Part shown: positions 49,901 to 57,959 of the stretch, one piece after another
How the letters are laid out: each line of letters opens with the position of its first letter
How positions within the stretch are numbered: the first letter of the stretch is position 1
Assembly (NCBI GenBank): GCA_950097015.1
Contig: CATNEN010000007.1
Coordinates: 4,836,001-4,900,000 of the forward strand
Direction: 5' to 3'
DNA: 64,000 nt
Origin: Macrostomum hystrix
Lineage: Eukaryota; Animalia; Platyhelminthes
The notes under the pieces: generated by a model
What the model saw: the letters and a program-made list of their open reading frames with translations, nothing else
What the model was told of the DNA's origin: nothing
Database searches by the model: none
Translations under genes and position numbers: made by a program

Positions 49901-52101
49901 CTTGCACATTGTACCCAAGAGCCACGTACTGATTGATGTCATCGAAGCGCATTGTGATTTGCTGCAAAGTGTAGGGCGCGACGGTTTCCACTCAGTGTGA
50001 GTATGGAAAGCACAGGTAGATAACCTCAAAACTTAATTGAAAGATTCTGAGGCTGCAACTGAATAACTAAACAAGATTGAATCCTGCTTCGATACTATCT
50101 TCGGTTAATTCAATACTAGCTACGCTTGCTTCGATACTAGCTACGCTTCTTTCGATACTAGCTACGCTTCTTTCGATACTAGCTACGCTTTCTTCGATAC
50201 TAGCTACGCTTCCTTCGGTTCTAGCAATATATGTGATCCCAACCTTCTTGCAGGTCTCGAACTTGTCGCAGTTGAGCAATGTGATGGTGCTCCACCACTT
50301 CATGGTGGGGTTGGTGCTGCCCGCCAGCAGGTAGGTGCAGCGGCCCTGGTACTCGAAAGTGAGGCCGTCGAATGTGCGGTACGAGTTCGGGCCGTAGCTG
50401 ACGCAGGTATCGAACGGCACCACCTCCACTCCGGTGTTGTTCTTGGCTGAGTGAGGCGAATATTTTGTGTCAGCATTTTTATTTCAGCATATAATGGAAT
50501 ATAGCAGGCCTTTTTAACTGTTAAACAGGATTCTACGACACCTTAGACAAGTTGATCCACCTGTTAGACAGGCCCTGCACTCTAGCACCTGTTAGACAGG
50601 ACTCTACCACTTGTTTGACAGGACAGGACCAACTGTAAGAAAAGACCCTACCACCTGTTAGACAGACTCGACCTCCTGTTCGACAGTCCCATTCACCTGT
50701 TCTATAGGCCCTGTTAGACAGGATTCTACCAACCGTTAGACAGCACTCTACATGTTAGACAAACCCATTGCAAAGCTAACTAGATCAGTTAGCGCACATT
50801 GGGCCAAGGCAATAGCAATGTCACTCACACACGGAGCTGGTCTTGCAGCTCATGCAGCCCTTCTGATAGCCGAAGCTGCCGGTTCCGTCCGAGCAGCAGC
50901 GTCCGAAGGCCACGCGAGTCGAGCCGAAGCCGGACTTCTTTGTCCTGCAGGCGTCATCTGAGTAGCAGTACTGCTCGTTCGGGTTGTTCTTGATGGCTGC
51001 AGCAGCCGAGGGGTTGGTAGGAAAAGTCTTAGACATTTATGAACTACATTAAGAGCATGAGCAGTATTGAGACTTGAGAATCGGACTCACCGTTGAGATC
51101 TTCGTCGCAGTTGGTGCCCAGGTAGTTAGTGGCGCACTGACAGACATTGGGCTGAATGCACTTGCCACCATTCAGGCAGCCGCCCCGGTTCACGAAGCAG
51201 ACCACCGTCTGGCAGTTGTTGCCGTCGTAGCCTTCGCAGCACTGCGTCTTCTCGACGTTGGACAAGCTGAGGAGGGATAAGAAAAATTGGCCTCCTAATT
51301 ATTAATCAGTAGCTAAAACGAGCATATAAATAAGTTCTCATTTTTAAGTTGATGTCAGCATAGACAAATTATAAATTAGGCTACTGCAAGTAGTGCAAAC
51401 TTGCTAAAATGTTTACGAACCTATAGAACACGCAGTCCGGTGTGGCCTTGCTGTAGGCGAAGTCGCGAATGTAGGTCTGCAGAGACAGCTGGCGCTTCTC
51501 GTGAACCGTGCGATTCGCCAAGCCCACCGCGTCCGGCATGATGGGCACCGAGGTCTCGTCTATGGACAAGCCCTGCATGGTCATCTCCACCATGTTGCCG
51601 CAGGAGGAGTTCTTCTCCGTCCGGCGCTGGAAGGATGCGATGCACCAGCCCGAGCGGCCGGTGCTGGACGAGCGGGGAAGGGGCAACAACGGTTTTATAA
51701 TCGAATAAATCAGGGATCGGCAAAGGGTCAATGAGAGAATCCAAAAGAGATGACATATTTCAGAGACGAAACAAGGTAGAGATGAGACAGGGTAGAGTGG
51801 GTGTTGGCAGGGTCGAGGTGCCGGATAGAGGAGCTTCAAGGGACGCATTTGGTCTTTGAAAAAAACGGTTGCGTTGCATTTTCTACTCATGCAGCTGTGA
51901 GTTAAGTGGCTAGCACATCATTATCGATTGAATTTCTATCGCACCAATGCTCAGCACTCACATCGGTGTCTCCTTGATCTTGACATCGGCGGAAGTGCAA
52001 CTGCCACCGTCCAGAGTCAGTAGAAGCAGCAGCAGCAGAGGCAGCATCGGTGCCAGCAGCCGAGTTGTCGTCCACGTCAAGCGCGAACGGCTTTCAACCA
52101 T
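13421..52101 (-). CDS. Giant secreted SCO-spondin-like / mucin hybrid, 28 coding exons, about 8,660 aa
   Basis: Exons: 52101-51962, 51663-51421, 51266-51091, 50996-50829, 50446-50244, 49961-49587, 49502-49217, 48759-48519, 48437-48257, 47740-47414, 47039-46875, 45429-45186, 41892-41447, 41011-40864, 40741-40465, 39837-39296, 38834-38406, 37496-37380, 37134-37015, 36485-36360, 36224-36133, 36048-34227, 33735-17479, 17399-17005, 16916-16081, 15943-15086, 14405-13781, 13576-13421. All junctions are GT..AG with consistent phase; the sum is 25,995 nt. Start is ATG 52101 or the in-frame ATG 52047 ([20 protein letters not shown], signal peptide). Domain order: EMI (..CCEGY), EGF, 3x VWD-C8-TIL, LDLa x5, PTS/discoidin-like module/LDLa, PTS-module array, about 7 TSP1 with TIL/VWC-like, C-terminal cystine knot (RCVGAC...CSCCNP...C..G...I.GCKC). 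Confidence 0.9.
13921..17399 (-). other. TSP1 (about 7) / TIL / VWC-like C-terminal region
   Basis: [97 protein letters not shown] and [17 protein letters not shown], interspersed with TIL-type C..TC...C..GC.C patterns. Confidence 0.85.
17479..33735 (-). other. Giant 16,257-bp coding exon: Thr/Ser/Pro mucin tracts alternating with 13 discoidin-like modules
   Basis: Stop-free frame (5423-aa ORF) bounded by the acceptor gatttcag|CA at 33735 and the donor A|gttagt at 17479. Module order N to C: C(33691-33236), D(33145-32660), B(32470-31991), A(30916-30428), B(30052-29573), A(28219-27731), B(27355-26876), E(25447-24965), A(24187-23699), B(23245-22766), A(21331-20843), B(20389-19910), A(18475-17987). 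Confidence 0.9.
36591..36966 (+). mobile_element. tRNA-derived SINE, copy 2 (intron of the giant gene)
   Basis: ggggttcggtggcaggttaacgcg...gaggtcgattcc head; body homologous to copy 1; ttattattcttatta tail. Confidence 0.8.
37748..38280. repeat. Minisatellite, 20-bp unit tgttatatgagacacctagc, about 26 copies
   Basis: Tandem array directly visible in an intron. Confidence 0.95.
38970..39200 (+). mobile_element. Diverged SINE fragment (copy 5)
   Basis: ctctcgcaccaaggtcc...ggccacatttaattgg...agggctaaccccaatggtacggtg...cagctgtacaca aligns by eye with the SINE body (ctctcgcaccaaggtcc...ggccacatttatttgg...agggccaacctccaaggcacagtg...cagatgtacaca). Confidence 0.5.
39938..40304 (-). mobile_element. 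tRNA-derived SINE, copy 3, inserted in a gggtcgcaacctgttagata minisatellite
   Basis: (taa)n tail at 39938 and head ...aaccgctctgccacagatcccc at 40304. The same about 21-bp repeat lies on both sides (39870-39937 and 40305-40448). Confidence 0.85.
41062..41418. repeat. Minisatellite, 25-bp unit acacctgttagactggttcagcctt, about 14 copies
   Basis: Tandem array directly visible in an intron. Confidence 0.95.
41934..45152. repeat. Minisatellite, 25-bp unit gggtcatga(a/g)acactcactgttcct, about 128 copies, filling a 3.3-kb intron
   Basis: Tandem array directly visible, with 24-bp variants and a higher-order duplicated block (ccctgggtcatgaaacacccac at 42079 and 42901). Confidence 0.97.
46482..46586. 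repeat. 12-bp tandem repeat gggattggaact, about 9 copies
   Basis: Directly visible. Confidence 0.9.
47075..47396. repeat. Minisatellite, 40-bp unit tcccctgatccttcagtaggcttccgctgtctcctcagcc, about 7 copies
   Basis: Directly visible in an intron. Confidence 0.9.
47797..48212. repeat. 12-bp tandem repeat ggaatg(t/g)gattc, about 34 copies
   Basis: Directly visible. It lies between the donor at 48257 and the acceptor at 47740. Confidence 0.9.
48905..49110. repeat. Minisatellite, 22-bp unit tatgagactggt(t/c)atgagaaac
   Basis: Directly visible in an intron. Confidence 0.85.
50110..50222. repeat. 21-bp tandem repeat tcgatactagctacgcttctt, about 5 copies
   Basis: Directly visible in an intron. Confidence 0.85.
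50520..50760. repeat. Degenerate repeat with ccacctgttagaca core
   Basis: The core recurs about 8 times with variable spacers. Confidence 0.6.
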
Positions 52102-53051
52102 CGCTGAGTGTCTGCGAGTCTGTTGCTACTAAAAGAGAGTTGAATTGTTTTCCAAACAAGGCAAAGATTAGCTAGAGACAATGTTAGAGAGGAGCGGACC
52201 CTCTGCTAGGCAGGGAGGAATGGGGATAAGAAGTTTTGGGAGAGCTCCAGTCTTAGTCCAAGGGCGGAAGATTGCGAATTTAAATAAGCGGCCCGCTGAG
52301 CTGCGTGGGGGTGGCGACAATGGGCCAGCGATCCCACAGGCCACACCTGTTCCACCAGGGATTATCTGTCAAGTGGGTCCGTGCAGCTCGGGGGCCCTAA
52401 TCCCGGTGGCAGCAGACGGTGGAATCTTCAATGGCGATTGTGAAAAGTCAGCAGAAAATGTCTCAGTCTCAGGGCGTCAATTGGTCGCAAGTTGGGGGGA
52501 GGGGCTGCGAGTCACGAGGTGCGCGAGTGCTCGTTCGTCAAAAGAGTTGCAGACAAAGAAAAGATTTTTGAGCTAGCTGAGGAGATTAGTCAAACAAGTT
52601 GGCCGCGGATTAGGCATTGCTTGGGGAGCCAAAGTTAATTCATCATTGATTGCCAGTGAGTTGCAGAGATCAGCAAATCTGTGAGGCGCAATCTGTTACC
52701 GCGAATAATCAAATCAAAATTTCTGCTGATCTGGCTTTCTGCTGCTGCTGCTGCTTCAACAATGGTGTAGTTAATGAATTCGGCTCGTATTGTCTAATTA
52801 TAGCCAGGCGGGCAGTTGTGTAAGGTGCAAAATTGGCAGATCCGGTTAATGCGTCACAGCCACAATGGACTGATCTGCTCGGCCACATTGATTTACGAGT
52901 TTAACTAATAAAACGATTTTTTTACTAAATTTGTCTGTCAAAAGACACGAGGTACAAAGGAAGTCTATCAGGCACTTTTTAGAAGCATCATTTTTTAATC
53001 TAATGATTTTGATAAATAAATACAGAAATTTGCAAAGGTAGACAGAGCCAG

Positions 53052-53925
53052 CCAGTGACAGGCAAAACAGGCAGAAACAGGCAAAAACAGGCAGAAACAG
53101 GCAAAAACAGGCAGAAACAGACAAAGACGGCCAGAGATAGGCAGAGACAGACAGAGACAGGCAGAGACAGACAGAAACAGACAGAGACAGGCAGAGACAG
53201 ACAGAGACAGGAAGAGACAGCCAGAGATGGCCAGAGACAGACAGAGACAGAAAGAGACAGGCAAAGACAGACAGAGACAGCCAGAGACAGACAGAGACAG
53301 CCAGAGACAGCCAGAGACAGACAGAGACAGGCAGAGACAGACAGAAACAGGAAGAGACAGACAGAGACAGACTGAGATGGCCAGAGACAGACAGAGACAG
53401 GAAGAGACAGGCAAAGACAGACAGAGACAGCCAGAGACAGCCAGAGACAGACAGAGACAGCCAGAGACAGCCAGAGACAGACAGAGACAGCCAGAGACAG
53501 ACAGAGACAGCCAGAGACAGACAGAGACAGGCAGAGACAGCCAGAGATGGCCAGAGACAGACAGAGACAGACAGAAACAGGAAGAGAGACAGAGACAGAA
53601 AGAGACAGGCAAAGACAGACAGAGACAGGAAGAGACAGACAGAGACAGACAGAGACAGGCAGAGACAGACAGAGATAGGCAGAGACAGATATGCAGACGG
53701 AGACAAATAAAGACAGACAGAGAGTGACAGAGAAAGCAGAGACAGAGATAATGACAGACAGAGACAGACAGAGACAGACAGAGACAGGCAGAAACAGGCA
53801 GAGACAGACAGAGACAGGCAGAAACAGGCAGAGACAGGCGGAGAAAGGCGGAGACAGACAGAGACAGATAAAGACTGACAGAGAGGGGCAGAAACAGGCA
53901 GATACAGAGACAGACAGAGACAGGT
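53052..53925. repeat. Purine-rich gagacagaca/gagacagcca 10-bp-periodic satellite
   Basis: Directly visible, between the giant gene and the CXorf65-like gene. Confidence 0.92.
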
Positions 53926-54983
53926 GGAAAGTCGGATCGGTAGTGATCCAAGAGGTAATCATTTAGTTGTATTAACGAGTTGCACTCTGTCAGTGCATCG
54001 CGAAGCCCAACAACAGAGCCATAAATAGATCAAAGTCTAGCTCAGCCGGCCACTTGAGGACTGACAAAGAATCTCTTCTAACAAAAATTGATGACGAAAG
54101 AAAATGGGGATTTCGCTGGATTTGGAATTTGGGCAGATGAGCAGGAAAGAAAGGAGAGGAAATGACAGAATTCTTCCGTGCAGGGAAGAGCGGTAAAGTG
54201 GAGGCGGAAGGGGGAGGCGAGAATGCAGGGAGGGAATGCATTTGGTTTTGGCGGTCAGGAACAATGGCAACACGGGTGATTGCGTGGTGCCAGACAGAGC
54301 GGAGGAGATGGGAGGTAACGCGTTCATATTTTTGTGGATCTGAAATGCCAGGTAGGGTTAGAGCTGGAGTGTCGTCCATGGCAACGCGAAAGGCAGCCTC
54401 CGCCAACCCCCATGACTTCTAAGCGTCTCTCCGCTCCTTCATTTCTTCCCCAGCAGTGCTGGCGGCGTGGCGAAGGCTGCCTGAGGGGTGGGCGCGGGTC
54501 CGCTGAGTGCTCTGGCCGGGTTTATTACCGTGAGACCCGGCATCTGAGCGGGGTTGAGTCCGCTCTCTCCCAAGCCAGCAACAGGCGCTAAGCCAGCCCC
54601 ATCTGCTTAATTTGCCTTGCCGTGCACGCCAGGCCGGGCGCGGACCACCCACGCCAAGAGTTAGTTTCGCTGCAGAATCCACTTAGCGCCTCGTTTAATA
54701 AATTGTTAACAAGCGGCGGAGAGAACACTTAACTGGCTACTTTTCCGTGGCCGAGCACACAGGCTGGCGTGCCTGCCTACTCACGCTAATCTTATCTGTG
54801 CTGCAGATAGCCCAGCCAAGCACTACTGCAGGGGAATCATTAACCAGTTACCTGTGCAACTGTGCGGCTACTTATTCTCAGGACTGGCTTTTATACTGAG
54901 CTGAGCACAAGGCGAGTTGCATCCGTGTTCAGCCGGCTTAACCAGACAATTTCAATCTGAAAGACATTCAGCTCGGGTGAAGC

Positions 54984-56720
54984 ATGTTCATCGTGGTTAA
55001 GTACGGAGGTAAGATATCCGATGGCGGCCAATGGATCTAAATCAATCATTCTGCTCACGTTAATGCACGAACTGTTTTCAGACAACAAGCAGCAGCTCTT
55101 CAACCCGAAGTGTCTCGTGCCCGCCCTGCTGGCCAACATTCGGGAGCGGTGCGGCTGCTCCCCTGAAGGTGAGCGCCAGCAAGGATCGCTTGCAAAATTA
55201 GAGTGTCTACAGGGGAGACTGGGAGTCGCTGAAGCAGTTTTTTAGCCTGTTCGGTCGAATTGGAGTTTGTATCTTAATAATAATTATTATAATTGCAGCA
55301 GGGCTTCAGGCATTGGCACATCGTTTGGTGACACTAAACCTGCAGCCAGCGAGGAGGCAATTCTGCCCGTTTCGCTGACTCCTGAGCACACACTCACACA
55401 GATACTGTACGCAGGCATACGCTCACACAGGTGTGAACATCTGCCCTGACTTTCTCATCGTCAGGCAGTGTACACTTCACTGTGCCTTGGAAGTTGATCC
55501 TCAAGGTCGTAAATTGCACGACATGCCCCCAAACCTTCTCTCCGGTTTGGGCCTCGCCGTGGAATCGAGCTCGAGCAGAGGCAGGGTTTGTATCTTAGGC
55601 AGGCTGTGATAGGTACATAGGGATGTACGAGTAGCATCTTCATTGAAAGTTGCCTTTGATTCATAAAATGGCCGTCTTCGATAAATATTTTTGCTTGAAA
55701 AAAAGGCAGTGTCTTCTCATTTGGAGGCTCTGATTGTTTCTTGATGAGACTGCATGGCTGGCTGTGATTGGTTCGTAAAAAGACTACCTTTTCTTGGCTG
55801 GCGGTGATTGGCTCGTGAAGAGGCTGAATATTCTAGAGAGACTGTGATTGTGTGTTAAATGGGTTCTATTGTGCTGTGAATCAAAATCGTTGAAGATTGT
55901 TCTTGTGTGAAGCTGAAATTGTGTTGGTAGAAGTGCTGATTGGGGGGACGTTCCAATTAGTACCAATCAGTTAGGTACTGATCCAGCTGCTGGCCGATGG
56001 TTGTCCTTGTCTTCGGCACAATGCTGTGCATCCAGCCTAGCTTGTGTACTCTCTTCGCCTGCAGACATCCTGGATCTGTCCGATGAAGATGGAAACGTCA
56101 AGCGACTCGGAAAGCGACTCACAGAGGATCCGGAGAGCGTGTTCAGAGACCGAGAGAGCCTCATCCTGGTGAAAGAGATCAGTAAGAACCATTGTGTGAT
56201 TTTCTGATTGCTAGTGACACAAAGGCAAGAGTTCTATGCACAAAAATCTGCTTTTGTACACTGTCCCACTGCAACCGTTTCCACTAGAAGTCACTTCAAG
56301 CGAAGGGACAGAGGAGCGGCTGTACATGCCACTGCTTGACCAGTTGGAGGACGATGACCATTTCATCAGTGAGTGTTGAATTGTCCATGGACACTCGAGC
56401 AGGATGAAATGAATCTATTAATTTGACAGCAGTAAACTGCAGACCTTCCATACGTGCTCATGGACACAATGTACCATGCAGGCGAGTCCTCAAAAAACTG
56501 CATGCCAATTGCAGAGCGCCTGAATTCAAGCGGCCCAAAACGCGGCGCCGGCGGAAAGCGACTCTCGGCGGCGGGCGGCGTCAACGGCGGCGGTCTGAAG
56601 CCGTCGTCTTCGTCAAGCGACAAGGCAAACAATGGCTCGCTGTCGAGCCGGCGAATCTCAGTCAGCAGCCGGCCCAGCGTTGACAAAGGCGCCAGTCGTC
56701 GCAGCAGCCGCATCAAGTGA
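54984..56720 (+). CDS. CXorf65/C22orf15-like uncharacterised protein, 5 exons, about 171 aa
   Basis: Exons 54984-55008, 55082-55168, 56065-56181, 56288-56368 and 56515-56720 total 516 nt and are phase-consistent. Translation: MFIVVKYGDNKQQLFNPKCLVPALLANIRERCGCSPEDILDLSDEDGNVKRL...LILVKEIKVTSSEGTEERLYMPLLDQLEDDDHFIKRL plus a basic Ser/Gly tail. The MFI.vK.Gd..q.l.N..C....l...ir motif is recalled from this family. Confidence 0.75.
55277..55585 (-). mobile_element. tRNA-derived SINE, copy 4, 5'-truncated, with 12-bp TSD
   Basis: Body homologous to copy 1, ending near the B-box (ggaatcgag). Exact direct repeat gtttgtatctta at 55265-55276 and 55586-55597. Confidence 0.85.
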
Positions 56721-57959
56721 AGGAGGAGCCGATCAACTTAGCCGCTCCTTCACGCATTCCATTGTGGCGGGAATCGGCAGGGAATTTTCTTAGAAACTTT
56801 ATAAAACCCACAAGCAGAAAGTATTCGGAATAGACGAAGGGGCAATGCAGGCTTTTCTTGGAAACAGCAGCGGATGATGGCAAGATCGCATCAGATAGGA
56901 GAGCGAACCGCAGCCAATAGCAAGACTATGGAAAACCAAGTTTCTGTCTGTGTGAACGTCACGGAAACACTGCTGCAGTTGATTTCAAGGTCATGGAAAT
57001 CCCTATTTCAGTTGATGACAAGGTCATGGAAAAATAACTTCCTGAAGCCATAATTAACAAAGTAAGATTTTTTGGCTCTTTCAAATAAAAAAACACTTTG
57101 GGACGAATGCTTTTGATTGTGACCTTAATATTGAAAAAAAGTTTTGCTTGTACTTATAATGTCGAATTTGTTTGCCTTTCTGCTCACTTGCCATGACGCC
57201 GCTTTCCGGCTTGAACTATTTCAAATAACGATCGATAATTGCGCAAATTCAAAATTGAAAACTAATAACTTGTCTTGAAGAATCTTACATTATTCTCTAA
57301 TGTGTTGTGCATGAATGGGTTTTAATTGATGGGGCGACAATGTTGCCATGCAACTGAAGCTTGCAAAATAAAACCACTTGCGAAGGAAACTCATTTTAAA
57401 CTTGAAATCAACCAGTTAAACAATTGTTTATATATATATCTGTTTACTTTTTGCAGAAGTGGTCCAGTAACACAATTGCAGATTCTCAATATTTTTAGAA
57501 CAGTATATAAAGTGAACGGCCTATGGTTCTCATGTAAAAAGTGCACAACAAGCAATCAATTTTATAACAAATATAAAATGCTAACATCAAAAAGAAATTT
57601 TGATTTTCAAGGCAACAACAAATGAACAAATTGGTCCAAATTGGTCCAAATATAGTTTGATTGATATCAAATAATGATAACATTAGAAATCTGAAAATTG
57701 AGAAAATATATTGTAGATTAAGTTTGAATGCCTTCTGAATCTAGTGTACGACATGAAAAATACAGCAATTGATAGTCAATCTTGCTAGCCTTGAAAAACA
57801 TTCCAGTTTAACTCTAGAATATATATGAAAACATGCAATTCAATCACAGTAGATAGCTATTCAATGTCTGCAATGCTGCTTTCAAGAAGAAATTCTGGAC
57901 AGAGAACACAACCGACAGATCAATTAAGACTAACGCAGGTTACATCTACTGAAGAATCT

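Larger units (their letters stand above)
39296..51663 (-). other. N-terminal EMI-EGF-(VWD-C8-TIL)x3 region
   Basis: VWD starts: [43 protein letters not shown] ends: [28 protein letters not shown]8 patterns such as [32 protein letters not shown]. Confidence 0.9.

Noticed and set aside
52846-53966. Cys/Leu/Ser-rich and Arg/Gln/Glu-rich ORFs
   Set aside because: Translations of the gagacagaca satellite.
53990-54900. Several 85-138-aa ORFs between the satellite and the CXorf65-like gene
   Set aside because: No recognisable domain and no consistent exon chain; probably promoter or UTR sequence.
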